64,000 bases of DNA, from NCBI RefSeq assembly GCF_057098645.1, contig NZ_CM169472.1. One strand, given 5' to 3'. The notes below the pieces were generated by a model. The model was not told the origin of the DNA and searched no databases. It was given only the letters and a program-made list of their open reading frames with translations. Positions 15,689 to 26,897 of this stretch are shown here, one piece after another; the first letter of the stretch is position 1, and each line of letters begins with the position of its first letter. The translations under genes and the position numbers were made by a program.

Positions 15689-15789
15689 TACCTGATAGTG
15701 CTAACGGGTGAGCTACTAAAATGGCTCACCCGAAATTTCATACTTCTGCCTTTAGCTCCGTCTCTATAATTTGGGAAAATTGTTTCTGA

Positions 15790-16905
15790 ATGTTCCCAAA
15801 AATAATGAATGATGAAAACTTTTTCAAAAAAGCGGCGGCGCACGGGGAGGAACCTCCTTTAACTCCTCAAAACGAACATCAGCGGTCCGGGCTGCGCTTC
15901 GCCCGTCGCGTCAGACTACCCCGTGCGGTTGGCCTGGCTGGCATGTTCTTACCGATTGCTTCAACGCTGGTTTCACACCCGCCGCCGGGCTGGTGGTGGC
16001 TGGTGTTGGTCGGCTGGGCGTTCGTCTGGCCGCATTTAGCCTGGCAGATAGCGAGCAGGGCCGTCGATCCGCTTAGCCGGGAAATTTACAACTTAAAAAC
16101 CGATGCAGTATTAGCGGGAATGTGGGTAGGCGTAATGGGCGTAAACGTGCTGCCTTCCACCGCGATGTTGATGATTATGTGTCTGAATTTGATGGGGGCA
16201 GGCGGCTCCCGTCTGTTTGTCGCGGGTCTGGTGTTGATGGTGGTTTCCTGCCTTGTCACCCTCGAGCTGACGGGCATTACCGTGTCGTTCAATAGCGCGC
16301 CGCTGGAATGGTGGCTCTCCCTTCCCATTATTGTCATTTATCCTCTGCTGTTTGGCTGGGTCAGCTACCAGACGGCAACCAAACTGGCGGAACATAAACG
16401 CAGGTTGCAGGTCATGAGTACCCGCGACGGCATGACGGGCGTGTATAACCGACGTCATTGGGAAACTATGTTACGCAATGAATTTGATAACTGTCGGCGG
16501 CATAATCGCGATGCAACGTTACTGATTATCGATATCGACCATTTCAAGAGCATCAACGATACCTGGGGCCATGATGTGGGCGATGAAGCGATTGTGGCGC
16601 TTACCCGACAGTTACAAATTACCCTGCGCGGTAGCGATGTGATTGGTCGGTTTGGCGGCGATGAGTTTGCGGTAATCATGTCCGGTACGCCAGCTGAGAG
16701 CGCCATTACCGCCATGTTACGGGTGCATGAAGGGCTAAACACGTTACGCTTGCCGAATACGCCACAGGTAACTTTACGGATTAGTGTGGGGGTTGCACCG
16801 CTGAACCCACAAATGAGTCACTATCGTGAGTGGTTGAAATCGGCAGATTTGGCGCTTTACAAAGCAAAGAAAGCCGGACGTAACCGCACCGAAGTGGCGG
16901 CCTGA
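15790..16905 (+). CDS. dgcC: Diguanylate cyclase DgcC (AdrA/YaiC), membrane MASE2 + GGDEF
   Basis: 371 aa; N-terminal membrane domain; C-terminal GGDEF domain with RFGGDEF motif visible. Confidence 0.9.
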   Translation: MFPKIMNDENFFKKAAAHGEEPPLTPQNEHQRSGLRFARRVRLPRAVGLAGMFLPIASTLVSHPPPGWWWLVLVGWAFVWPHLAWQIASRAVDPLSREIYNLKTDAVLAGMWVGVMGVNVLPSTAMLMIMCLNLMGAGGSRLFVAGLVLMVVSCLVTLELTGITVSFNSAPLEWWLSLPIIVIYPLLFGWVSYQTATKLAEHKRRLQVMSTRDGMTGVYNRRHWETMLRNEFDNCRRHNRDATLLIIDIDHFKSINDTWGHDVGDEAIVALTRQLQITLRGSDVIGRFGGDEFAVIMSGTPAESAITAMLRVHEGLNTLRLPNTPQVTLRISVGVAPLNPQMSHYREWLKSADLALYKAKKAGRNRTEVAA

Positions 16906-16921
16906 CGTCCGGCAAAAGTCA

Positions 16922-17731
16922 TCAGGATTTGCTGAGTTTTTCTGATTTTTCCATACACTTCGTCATCGCTTCGATCACTGCGGCACGGAAGCCTTTCTCT
17001 TCCAGTACGCGTACCGCTTCAATGGTGGTGCCTCCCGGTGAGCAGACCATATCTTTCAGTGCTCCCGGATGTTCTCCCGTTTCCAGCACCATTTTTGCGG
17101 AACCCATTACCGCCTGAGCGGCAAATTTATACGCCTGAGCGCGTGGCATCCCGCCCAGCACGGCGGCGTCGGCCATCGCTTCGATAAACATAAATACGTA
17201 GGCTGGCGAAGAACCGCTCACACCGACCACCGGGTGGATCATCGGCTCAGCAATCACTTCCGCTTCGCCAAAGCAGCGGAAAATATTCAGCACATCAGCG
17301 GTATCTTCTGGGGTTACCAGCGCGTTTGGCGTTACGGAGGTCATCCCGGCATTAACCAGCGCGGGAGTGTTCGGCATGGCGCGGATAATTTTCCGGTCAT
17401 GGCCCAGCGCGCGGGCAAGCTGGTCGAGTGTGATACCTGCAGCAATAGAAACGACCAGAGAGTCTTTATTCAGGCTGGAGGTGATTTCGCTAAGCACTTT
17501 AATCATGATGCCAGGTTTAACGGCGGCAAAAATGATGTCAGCGATTTGCGCCACTTCTTGCGCCGATTCTGCGGCGTTGATGCCGAACTGGTCATGCAGG
17601 GCGGCGACTTTATCCGGGGAGGGGGTGTATACCCAGATTTGCCCTGGAAGCACCTGACCGCTGGCAATCAGACCGCCGAGAATGGCTTTTCCCATATTGC
17701 CGCAGCCAATAAAACCGATTTTCTTTTCCAT
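16922..17731 (-). CDS. proC: Pyrroline-5-carboxylate reductase
   Basis: Start set at [20 protein letters not shown]... (269 aa); ORF-track 305 aa is over-extended. Confidence 0.92.
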   Translation of the reverse strand: MEKKIGFIGCGNMGKAILGGLIASGQVLPGQIWVYTPSPDKVAALHDQFGINAAESAQEVAQIADIIFAAVKPGIMIKVLSEITSSLNKDSLVVSIAAGITLDQLARALGHDRKIIRAMPNTPALVNAGMTSVTPNALVTPEDTADVLNIFRCFGEAEVIAEPMIHPVVGVSGSSPAYVFMFIEAMADAAVLGGMPRAQAYKFAAQAVMGSAKMVLETGEHPGALKDMVCSPGGTTIEAVRVLEEKGFRAAVIEAMTKCMEKSEKLSKS

Positions 17732-17850
17732 TGCCTCACTCCTGCCGTGAAATTCATTGTTTTGATAATCGCTGGCAGAAGCATAAACAGAACTATGCCG
17801 GAAGGCAAAAGCGCGACACAATAGAGGATTACCCAACAAAGGATGACTTT

Positions 17851-18309
17851 ATGACAATTTGGGTGGATGCCGACGCGTGTCCCAATGTAATTAAAGAGAT
17901 TTTGTATCGCGCGGCGGAACGTATGCAGATGCCGCTGGTACTGGTAGCAAACCAGAGTTTACGCGTGCCGCCATCGCGATTTATTCGTACGCTGCGCGTC
18001 GCGGCAGGTTTCGACGTTGCCGATAACGAAATTGTCCGGCAGTGTGAAGCGGGCGATTTGGTGATCACCGCAGATATACCTTTGGCTGCTGAAGCCATCG
18101 AGAAAGGCGCTGCGGCGCTTAATCCGCGCGGTGAACGTTACACGCCAGCGACCATTCGTGAGCGCCTGACGATGCGCGATTTTATGGATACCTTACGTGC
18201 CAGTGGGATCCAGACCGGCGGACCAGATAGCCTTTCACAACGTGACCGCCAGGCCTTTGCCGCGGAGCTGGAGAAGTGGTGGCTGGAAGTGCAACGTAGT
18301 CGTGGCTAA
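17851..18309 (+). CDS. yaiI: UPF0178 family protein YaiI
   Basis: Start at [18 protein letters not shown]... (152 aa); divergent from proC. Confidence 0.85.
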   Translation: MTIWVDADACPNVIKEILYRAAERMQMPLVLVANQSLRVPPSRFIRTLRVAAGFDVADNEIVRQCEAGDLVITADIPLAAEAIEKGAAALNPRGERYTPATIRERLTMRDFMDTLRASGIQTGGPDSLSQRDRQAFAAELEKWWLEVQRSRG

Positions 18310-18310
18310 A

Positions 18311-18328
18311 TGTAATTTATTATTTACA
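18311..18328 (+). promoter_or_regulatory. TyrR box upstream of aroL
   Basis: TGTAAT-N6-TTTACA matches the TyrR consensus TGTAAA-N6-TTTACA; a second weaker box (TGGAAT-N6-TTTACA) lies at 18387-18404. Confidence 0.6.
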
Positions 18329-18413
18329 CTTCATTCTTGAATATTTATTGGTATAGTAAGGGATGTATTGAGATTTTCACTTTAAGTGGAATTTTTTCTT
18401 TACAATCGAAATT

Positions 18414-18432
18414 GTACTAGTTTGATGGTATG
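18414..18432 (+). promoter_or_regulatory. TrpR operator-like sequence in the aroL promoter
   Basis: GTACTAGTTTGATGGTATG shares the GTACTAGTT half-site of the Trp repressor operator. Confidence 0.45.
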
Positions 18433-18491
18433 ATCGCTATTCTCATGACACCGGCTTTCGCCGCATTGCGACCTATTGGGGAAAACCCACG

Positions 18492-19016
18492 ATGACACAA
18501 CCTCTTTTTCTGATCGGGCCTCGGGGCTGTGGTAAAACAACGGTCGGAATGGCCCTTGCCGATTCGCTTAACCGTCGGTTTGTCGATACCGATCAGTGGT
18601 TGCAATCACAGCTCAATATGACGGTCGCGGAGATCGTCGAAAGGGAAGAGTGGGCGGGATTTCGCGCCAGAGAAACGGCGGCGCTGGAAGCGGTAACTGC
18701 GCCATCCACCGTTATCGCTACAGGCGGCGGCATTATTCTGACGGAATTTAATCGTCACTTCATGCAAAATAACGGGATCGTGGTTTATTTGTGTGCGCCA
18801 GTATCAGTCCTGGTTAACCGACTGCAAGCTGCGCCGGAAGAAGATTTACGGCCAACCTTAACGGGAAAACCGCTGAGCGAAGAAGTTCAGGAAGTGCTGG
18901 AAGAACGCGATGCGCTATATCGCGAAGTTGCGCATATTATCATCGACGCAACAAACGAACCCAGCCAGGTGATTTCTGAAATTCGCAGCGCCCTGGCACA
19001 GACGATCAATTGTTGA
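18492..19016 (+). CDS. aroL: Shikimate kinase II
   Basis: 174 aa, Walker [29 protein letters not shown]... Confidence 0.93.
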
Positions 19017-19056
19017 TTTTCGAGCGCCTATACTTAACGTTCATCCCGTGAAATAA

Positions 19057-19257
<201 letters not shown>

Positions 19258-19514
19258 CCGCATCAGACTGCTCGGAAGGGATTCTGAGTGCCACTACAAG
19301 GGATCTGCGTCACATTTTTCATAATTCATGTTTTTCTAATAATTAGAATATTAAACAATAACAATCCATTACTGGAATCATTTGGAATCTTTACATTATG
19401 CCGTGCACGTCTGCTGCTACGCTTTTTGTCATTTGTAGCACAAGTAAGTGTCAGCAGTGGTGCTTAACACTTGCCCGGTAATTAACGACGAAATAAAAGT
19501 AAGGTGGATGAACA

Positions 19515-20192
19515 ATGAGTGCGTCGTTGGCGATCCTGACCATCGGCATTGTACCTATGCAGGAAGTTTTGCCGCTCCTGACGGAATACATTGACGAAGA
19601 TAATATTTCCCATCATAGCCTGCTGGGGAAGTTAAGTCGTGAAGAAGTGATGGCGGAGTACGCGCCAGAAGCAGGCGAAGACACCATTCTCACATTATTA
19701 AATGACAACCAGCTGGCCCATGTTTCGCGTCGTAAAGTGGAGCGAGACCTGCAAGGTGTGGTTGAAGTGCTCGATAATCAGGGTTATGACGTCATTTTAT
19801 TAATGAGTACAGCAAACATTAGTAGTATGACTGCGCGTAATACGATCTTTCTTGAGCCGTCGCGAATATTGCCTCCACTGGTTTCCTCTATTGTTGAAGA
19901 TCATCAGGTGGGGGTTATCGTTCCGGTTGAGGAGATGCTGCCCGTTCAGGCGCAAAAATGGCAAATTTTGCAGAAATCGCCGGTATTTTCATTGGGTAAC
20001 CCCATTCATGATTCAGAACAAAAAATCATTGATGCCGGGAAAGAATTACTGGCAAAAGGGGCTGATGTCATCATGCTGGATTGTTTAGGATTTCACCAAC
20101 GTCATCGCGATTTACTGCAAAAACAGCTCGATGTTCCTGTCTTGCTGTCTAACGTATTGATTGCACGGCTAGCTGCGGAATTACTGGTGTAA
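19515..20192 (+). CDS. aroM: AroM protein
   Basis: 225-aa ORF in the aroL-yaiA-aroM arrangement. Confidence 0.88.
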
Positions 20193-20263
20193 TTTTGCGT
20201 GACAGCCAGCGCCTCTGGCCCCTATAGTGAAGTAGATGTTCAACTACCAGACAGGGCCAGTTT

Positions 20264-20548
20264 ATGCTTCAAAGTAATGAGTACTTTTCCGGCAAAGTGA
20301 AATCGATCGGCTTTTCCAGCAGCAGCACTGGTCGCGCCAGCGTGGGTGTTATGGTTGAAGGCGAATACACCTTCAGCACCGCTGAGCCGGAAGAAATGAC
20401 GGTAATCAGTGGCGCGCTGAATGTGTTACTGCCTGACGCGACCGACTGGCAAGTGTATGAAGCCGGTTCGGTGTTTAATGTTCCCGGTCACAGTGAGTTT
20501 CATCTGCAAGTTGCCGAACCCACCTCTTATCTGTGCCGCTATCTGTAA
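20264..20548 (+). CDS. ppnP: Pyrimidine/purine nucleoside phosphorylase PpnP (YaiE)
   Basis: 94 aa, [17 protein letters not shown]..., cupin-like. Confidence 0.9.
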
Positions 20549-20691
20549 TTCCTCGCCTTCCCCTTGAACGGGAGGGCATTTTTCTGAAATATCCTCTCTT
20601 TAACCCATAATAATATTTCCTTTGCTGCGATTTTTTCAATTTCCGATATATTCATAATTCATCAAGGTTGATATAAATATCATTGAAGATT

Positions 20692-22971
20692 ATGAATAGA
20701 ATTAATATATTGGTCATCTGTATGGTCGTATTTTTTATGACTGGCAATGCATGTGCCACAGAGTGGATCAGTAGCGAGGACCTTATCACCTCTGACTTTC
20801 ATCTTATGACGGCAGATGAGCGCAACGTGGTTAAAGCGGCAACCGACGATAGTATGGAAGCTGCTTATATGCTAAAAGATAATATCCGCTGGTATTATCA
20901 TAATGGTGACCTATCATTACCCGCTAACTTCAGCAATCAAAATAAACTGGTGGTGAACGGTAATTTAACGATTTCCGGCGATTATGATGATTATCTGTCA
21001 GGTAATGGTCATCTGATTGTATTAGGTAATGTTATTGTCGATAACTTTATTAATCATGATTTCGCGTATGTCAAAGGACAGATGACAGCGAAAGGTTTAG
21101 TTTATGCTGATTACAATGATCATAACTTTGAAGTGATGAAGGGAATTAGTGCGCGAGGCATTATTGTTTCCGATAAAGCAACGCAATTTGAAGTCATTAA
21201 AGCTGAATTTTATATCAATGAAGATGGAAGTGGTGAAGGATATAACTGGGATGAGAATATTCAAAAAGCCTATTCACTGGTGACTGCCGATCTTTATGAT
21301 CACACTGAAATCGAAACCGATAACATTTCCAATGCGTATCCTGACTATGATAGCGTCGCAGACAACATCGTTCAGGGTTTACCGCTTTTTCGAGATAAAG
21401 CCGCTCCTGAAATTAATGAGAAATTAAAATGGATTGAAACGGGGAAACTCGATAATTTCCCAGCGAATAAAATAAAGCATCAAGATCCACTGGTGGTACG
21501 TTTTTTGACTCATACAGAGAGTTTATCACCCGCCGTTATGCTGCAACTGTTACAGCACCCCGATGACCAGACGCGTGAATCGATGGCGCAGTCCTGGCCC
21601 GCTCAACAGATGCATTTGCTTACCGATGAATTAATTAAAGATGAGGCTGTTGCCAGAGGGCTGGTTAAAAACAGTAATATTTCCGCCGATGTGAATAAAA
21701 AATTAATGTCTGTACCCGTCGAGAGCGTACAGCTGGAGCAGGCCAGACAGGATAATCTTTCTCCAGATATTGTTGCGTCGTTAAGTCATAGCCCCTTTCT
21801 CAGTGTACGCAAGACATTACTCAGCCATTACGATTACGCCTGGCTGGTTCCGACTGCAGTGGCCGATGAGTTGATAAATAACGAAGACCCGGAGTTACGT
21901 GAAAGAATTACCGGAGCAGATTTAACCGCACAACAAGCAGTGATGTTGAGTAAAGATAAATCACTGAAAGTTCGTGAAGCATTAGCCCGGACGCTTACTG
22001 AATTAAAAATTACCCAACTGTCAGCAACCCTGCGTACAGAGGATATTGAACGTATCGCAGAACAAATGTATCTGGATAATAAAGAAAATAAAAATATCGT
22101 AAAAGCGTTATTGATAGCGTTGCCGGAGATGCGTCAACTGTCTCTGGCAAAAGAAGATGTGCACAATTTGCGCGAAGGTGCGCGTTATCTGACATCGAAG
22201 GACGTGATTAGTTATCTATTGACTCAGCATGATGTTCCCACCGTCTGGGATGAGCTGGCACGCGATAAATTATTGCCGCTGGAATATAAGAAACAGTTAT
22301 GGCAACGCACATTAAATTTAATGATGAGCAAACGGCAAGAAGATCAAGAGCAAGCCTACGAAGTACAGCTGGCGCTGATTGATAATGGTGTTGTTGACGA
22401 AGAGATGTTAAATAATGCCATTGATTTACTGGTTGATTTACCCGCTGAATACCGCTATCGAATGCGTAACCAATTATTTGATAATAAAGATTTACCTTCC
22501 GGAATTATCAACAAACTCGATCAACAGTATCGCTTCAACTCTGACTGGGCGCTGGCTGTTGTCAGTATGAAAAATAGCACCCGTAGGCAAAGTGAAAGAG
22601 GATTACACCGCTGGAACCATGAGGATAGCGATATTTTTGCGGAACTGGCGACGATAAAAGATAAATCAGATGATGAATGGTGGCGTGCATTGCTGCAAAG
22701 TCGCAATGATCATTTGCGCCAAACGGCATTACGCAACGCACATACCCCGGCGTCGTTGTTAACGACATTGACTGAGTCTCAGGATCGGTCGCTGGCTATT
22801 AATAATCCACAGCTGGCTGCCGATGTGAAAACGGTGTGGCTAAAAGAGGATCCATCATTGCTTTTATTTGTCGATCAACCCGATCTTTCGCAGTTACGGG
22901 ATTTAGTGAAAACCGGGGCAACGCGGAAAATTCGCAGTGAAGCGCGTCACCGGCTTGAGGAAAAACAATGA
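20692..22971 (+). CDS. Accessory secreted repeat protein (759 aa): Sec signal peptide, beta-rich N-domain, HEAT/LRV-like helical repeats
   Basis: ATG at 20692 gives MNRINILVICMVVFFMTGNACA|TEW (AxA cleavage site). N-terminal third has glycine-punctuated beta-strand-like repeats (LVVNGNLTISGDY, HLIVLGNVIVDNF, GLVYADY, GIIVSDK). C-terminal two-thirds has helical repeats (SPDIVASLSHSPFLSVRKTLL, EDPELRERITGADLTAQQAV). AT-rich codon usage by eye. Confidence 0.7.
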   Translation: MNRINILVICMVVFFMTGNACATEWISSEDLITSDFHLMTADERNVVKAATDDSMEAAYMLKDNIRWYYHNGDLSLPANFSNQNKLVVNGNLTISGDYDDYLSGNGHLIVLGNVIVDNFINHDFAYVKGQMTAKGLVYADYNDHNFEVMKGISARGIIVSDKATQFEVIKAEFYINEDGSGEGYNWDENIQKAYSLVTADLYDHTEIETDNISNAYPDYDSVADNIVQGLPLFRDKAAPEINEKLKWIETGKLDNFPANKIKHQDPLVVRFLTHTESLSPAVMLQLLQHPDDQTRESMAQSWPAQQMHLLTDELIKDEAVARGLVKNSNISADVNKKLMSVPVESVQLEQARQDNLSPDIVASLSHSPFLSVRKTLLSHYDYAWLVPTAVADELINNEDPELRERITGADLTAQQAVMLSKDKSLKVREALARTLTELKITQLSATLRTEDIERIAEQMYLDNKENKNIVKALLIALPEMRQLSLAKEDVHNLREGARYLTSKDVISYLLTQHDVPTVWDELARDKLLPLEYKKQLWQRTLNLMMSKRQEDQEQAYEVQLALIDNGVVDEEMLNNAIDLLVDLPAEYRYRMRNQLFDNKDLPSGIINKLDQQYRFNSDWALAVVSMKNSTRRQSERGLHRWNHEDSDIFAELATIKDKSDDEWWRALLQSRNDHLRQTALRNAHTPASLLTTLTESQDRSLAINNPQLAADVKTVWLKEDPSLLLFVDQPDLSQLRDLVKTGATRKIRSEARHRLEEKQ

Positions 22972-23423
22972 CACAACGCCCCTGGAGCAAGTTACAGCGG
23001 GAGAACTATGACTTACTGACGCCAACGATCAACCTGCACATTCACTGTACCCGTTATCCCATGCGCAGCCAAAATGGTGGAAGCACCGATTTACCGCGTT
23101 ATTGGATCACGTTGGATAAAAACGTGATCTGGGATTACCCGAAAGACTTTATTGCAGGTAACGGTGGAGTGCGTAATTTTCACGGTGAAACTTGCTGGTA
23201 TCCTTACCTGACGGATATTTGTCCAATTTCTGATTTATTGCGTGAATATATTGACACCCCAAAAGCGGAGCTGTTAACAAAACAATTTACCAGCGATAAA
23301 TGGGGGTTAGTGAATATTCTGCGTGCTGCTGACAGGCGAATAGGGATGAGACGATTCGATCAGTTACGGCGTAAAACGCATAATATTGCTGCGCTAAAAA
23401 TTATTGCCCGCCGTAGCGAATAA
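22968..23423 (+). CDS. Hypothetical protein (151 aa) translationally coupled to the upstream gene; may correspond to the K-12 ykiA locus
   Basis: ATGA start/stop overlap with the upstream ORF; basic, Trp/Tyr-rich; no family recognised. Confidence 0.55.
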   Translation: MTQRPWSKLQRENYDLLTPTINLHIHCTRYPMRSQNGGSTDLPRYWITLDKNVIWDYPKDFIAGNGGVRNFHGETCWYPYLTDICPISDLLREYIDTPKAELLTKQFTSDKWGLVNILRAADRRIGMRRFDQLRRKTHNIAALKIIARRSE

Positions 23424-23448
23424 TTATATGCCTGGTGTGGCTTCGTAC

Positions 23449-23481
23449 GCCGGATAAGACGCGGCAGGCGTCGCATCCGGC
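23449..23481. repeat. REP-like palindromic element between islet A and rdgC
   Basis: gccggataagacgcggcaggcgtcgcatccggc, typical REP core motifs. Confidence 0.6.
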
Positions 23482-23500
23482 ATTAAAGGAAAATCAGCAA

Positions 23501-24412
23501 TTAACGTTGTGCTTCACCACCTAATCCTTCAATCAGGTTTTGAATTAACGCTGCCAGTTCACCAGTCATCAGGATGAAATCGGCATCAAAACGCTGGGCG
23601 AAATCTTCACGGTCGATATCTTCGTTTTGATCGCGCAGCTCGTCGCAGAACTTCAGACGCTTGAGCGAACCATCGTCGCACATCACAAACTGAATGCGCT
23701 GCTGCCAGTCGAGCGCCAGTTTAGTCACCACTTTTCCGGCTTCAATGTGATTGGTGATCTCTTCGCTGGTCAGATCTTGTTTCTTCGCGCGGATCACTCC
23801 GCCATCTTCCAGCAACGATTTCAGCTCGGCTTCATCAAGCAGCTGGAAGCCCTGTGCCGCACTACCGGAACGTACCCATTCGGTCAGCGTCAGTTCAATC
23901 GGGTTTTCCATGCTCAATGGTACAACCGGTAACGACCCCAGGCTTTTACGCAGCAGTGCCAGCGTATCTTCCGCTTTTTTGGCACTGGCGCAGTCCACCA
24001 TAATCAAACCATTAACCGTGTCGATCCACATCATTGTCTGGCTAAAACGGCTGAAAGCACGCGGCAGCAGAGAGTGCAGCACTTCGTCTTTCAGCGAATC
24101 TTTTTCGGTTTTCTTCAGCTTACGCGCCTGTTCCGCTTCCAGTTTGGCGATTTTCGCTTCCAGCGCCTGTTTAATCACCGGAGACGGGAGGATTTTTTCT
24201 TCTTTGCGTGCGCAGATAACAATTTGACCATTGGCAACGTGCGTTAACGCATCGCTGTGCGATCCCATCGGAGGAACCCAGCCCATCTTCGCCATGTCCT
24301 GGCTGCCGCATGGGGTAAATGCCATCGAGGCTAGCTGTTTTTCCATCTCTTCTGCACGCAGCGAAATCTCGCGGCTAAGACGGTAAACCATTAAATTTTT
24401 GAACCACAGCAT
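23501..24412 (-). CDS. rdgC: Recombination-associated protein RdgC
   Basis: Start at [18 protein letters not shown]... (303 aa); ORF-track over-extended by 24 codons. Confidence 0.92.
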
Positions 24413-24536
24413 GATAATTTCCACGGCCTTGTCGTTAAATTTAGCGGGCATGATAACGAATTGTCGGCGGCCTTGCATTGCCAATCCGGTTGTCCGTCTC
24501 TACGCTATTGATATTGAAAAAAATAAGGAGAGTACC

Positions 24537-25445
24537 GTGCGTATAGGTATCGATTTAGGCGGCACCAAAACTGAAGTGATTGCACTGGGCGATGCAGGGG
24601 AGCAGTTGTACCGCCATCGTCTGCCCACGCCGCGTGATGATTACCTGCAGACTATTGAAACGATCGCCACGTTGGTTGATATGGCGGAGCAGGCGACAGG
24701 GCAGCGCGGAACGGTAGGTATGGGCATTCCTGGCTCAATTTCGCCTTACACCGGTGTGGTGAAGAATGCCAATTCAACCTGGCTCAACGGTCAGCCATTC
24801 GATAAAGACTTAAGCGCGCGGTTGCAGCGGGAAGTGCGGCTGGCAAATGACGCCAACTGTCTGGCGGTTTCAGAAGCAGTAGATGGCGCGGCAGCGGGAG
24901 CGCAGACGGTATTTGCCGTGATTATCGGCACGGGATGCGGCGCGGGCGTGGCATTCAATGGGCGGGCGCATATCGGCGGCAATGGCACGGCAGGTGAGTG
25001 GGGACACAATCCGCTACCGTGGATGGACGAAGACGAACTGCGTTATCGCGAGGAAGTCCCTTGTTATTGCGGTAAACAAGGTTGTATTGAAACCTTTATT
25101 TCGGGCACGGGATTCGCGACGGATTATCGTCGTTTGAGCGGACATGCGCTGAAAGGCAGTGAAATTATCCGCCTGGTTGAAGAAAGCGATCCGGTAGCGG
25201 AACTGGCATTGCGTCGCTACGAGCTGCGGCTGGCAAAATCGCTGGCACATGTCGTGAATATTCTCGATCCGGATGTGATTGTCCTGGGGGGCGGGATGAG
25301 CAATGTAGACCGTTTATATCAAACGGTTCCGCAGTTGATTAAACAATTTGTCTTCGGCGGCGAATGTGAAACGCCGGTGCGTAAGGCGAAGCACGGTGAT
25401 TCCAGCGGCGTACGCGGCGCTGCGTGGTTATGGCCACAAGAGTAA
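24537..25445 (+). CDS. mak: Fructokinase / manno(fructo)kinase Mak, ROK family
   Basis: GTG start preceded by [22 protein letters not shown]...; ROK-family Cys-rich motif ([10 protein letters not shown]). Confidence 0.9.
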   Translation: MRIGIDLGGTKTEVIALGDAGEQLYRHRLPTPRDDYLQTIETIATLVDMAEQATGQRGTVGMGIPGSISPYTGVVKNANSTWLNGQPFDKDLSARLQREVRLANDANCLAVSEAVDGAAAGAQTVFAVIIGTGCGAGVAFNGRAHIGGNGTAGEWGHNPLPWMDEDELRYREEVPCYCGKQGCIETFISGTGFATDYRRLSGHALKGSEIIRLVEESDPVAELALRRYELRLAKSLAHVVNILDPDVIVLGGGMSNVDRLYQTVPQLIKQFVFGGECETPVRKAKHGDSSGVRGAAWLWPQE

Positions 25446-25464
25446 AAAACGTAGGCAATTGGCG

Positions 25465-25565
25465 CATCATGCCTGATGCGACGCTTGCCGCGTCTTATCA
25501 GGCCTACAAAATGTGCCAGAACCGCGTAGGGCGGATAAGGCGTTCACGCCGCATCCGGCAATAAG
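25465..25565. repeat. REP cluster (two palindromic units, BIME-like)
   Basis: gcctgatgcgacgcttgccgcgtcttatcaggcctac and gtagggcggataaggcgttcacgccgcatccggca. Confidence 0.75.
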
Positions 25566-25587
25566 CAACGCGCTCCGTGACTGCAAT

Positions 25588-26772
25588 CTACCCCAGAGGT
25601 TTCGCCAGCACCGGAGTATCCGCCGCTTGCTGGCGCTTATAGCGACCATACAGCAGCAATGACGACATCGCAGCAAACGAAAGCAGGGCGGCAGGCAGCG
25701 CCACGTAATTATATGCCAGCCCCAGCGTCAGTATCATACCTCCGCAATATGCGCCGACGGCGCTACCGAGGTTAAACGCTATTTGCCCACCTGCGGCACC
25801 TAATAACTCTCCGCCTTTGGCATTTTGCAGTAACAATATTTGCAGAGGTGCTGAAAGGGCAAATAATCCCGCGCAACAAATAAAAGCAAAAATAAGCGAC
25901 GTTGTTTTCATGCCGCCGCAGAAAAAGAGCATCAGCAGTGCCAGTACAATGATAAAGTCAGTCACTGCTGCAATGCGCAGTGGTGAATAACGTCCTGAAA
26001 TCCTGCCACTTAGCATATTTCCCAGCACCATCCCTAGCCCAACTAACATCATAATAAAGGTCATCGCCGTTTCCGAAAAACCGGAAATAAACATCATGTA
26101 TGGCTTTACGTAGCTGAACCAGGCAAACACACCTGCGTTGCCAAACATGGTGGCGGCGAAAATTAACCACGGGGCCGGGCTGCGCAAAAAGTGAAATTGT
26201 TCGCGCAGCTTTCCTTTCGCCTCGTCGCGAATATCCGGCACCCAAAAATAGACCGATGCCATCACCGCAATATTAAAAACAGCGATCAATAAAAAGGTGT
26301 AACGCCAGCTAAATTCCTGACTTAAATACGTTCCCAGCGGAATGCCCAGCAAATTGGCGACTGTCATCCCGGAAACCATCCCCGCCACGGCGGCGGTGAC
26401 TTTTCCGGGTTTGATAATTTTCGATAACACGATCGCGCCGACGCCAAAAAATGCGCCATGCGGAAAGCCGGAAACCAGGCGACCAATGGCAAGCATCAGG
26501 TAAGACGAAGAGAGCGTGAACATGGCGTTACCAATGACGCACAACGCCACCAGAAACAACAAGATATGTTTGAGTGAGTAGCGGCTGGAAAAGAGTGCGA
26601 TGATTGGCGCACCGACCACCACCCCCAGCGCATAATACGAGATCATATGCCCGGCGGCAGGAATCGAAATTCCTACGTTATGCGCCAGCTCCGTGAGCAC
26701 GCCCATAATGCCAAATTCGGCCATCCCCAAACCAAACGTGCCCAGAGCCAAAGATAAAATGACTTTTTTCAT
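25588..26772 (-). CDS. araJ: MFS transporter AraJ
   Basis: Start at MKKVILSLALGTFGLGMAEFG... (394 aa), 12-TM MFS protein. Confidence 0.9.
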   Translation of the reverse strand: MKKVILSLALGTFGLGMAEFGIMGVLTELAHNVGISIPAAGHMISYYALGVVVGAPIIALFSSRYSLKHILLFLVALCVIGNAMFTLSSSYLMLAIGRLVSGFPHGAFFGVGAIVLSKIIKPGKVTAAVAGMVSGMTVANLLGIPLGTYLSQEFSWRYTFLLIAVFNIAVMASVYFWVPDIRDEAKGKLREQFHFLRSPAPWLIFAATMFGNAGVFAWFSYVKPYMMFISGFSETAMTFIMMLVGLGMVLGNMLSGRISGRYSPLRIAAVTDFIIVLALLMLFFCGGMKTTSLIFAFICCAGLFALSAPLQILLLQNAKGGELLGAAGGQIAFNLGSAVGAYCGGMILTLGLAYNYVALPAALLSFAAMSSLLLYGRYKRQQAADTPVLAKPLG

Positions 26773-26897
26773 ACCACCATCACAACCACCAGAACGGCTA
26801 CTAATCACCGTAGCCAATAAAGTGATAGCTTGCAGGATAACGACCAGCGAGGCCAAGAGATAATTCGCCCCTCTGTATTCATTATCCTGCTGAATAG

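Noticed and set aside
17069-17824. 251-aa ORF antisense to proC
   Set aside because: Fully overlaps proC, which is confidently identified on the other strand; no support for a real gene
20549-23500. Mobile element (IS/transposon/prophage) annotation for the three islets
   Set aside because: No transposase, integrase or recombinase ORF, no flanking tRNA, and no obvious terminal inverted or direct repeats at any islet boundary; they look like old insertions or differentially retained loci rather than active mobile elements
25465-25565. Possible CRISPR-like repeats
   Set aside because: The repeated units are REP palindromes (GCCGGATG / CATCCGGC cores) in varying orientation without regularly spaced unique spacers; the same applies at 46925-47030 and 62945-63040
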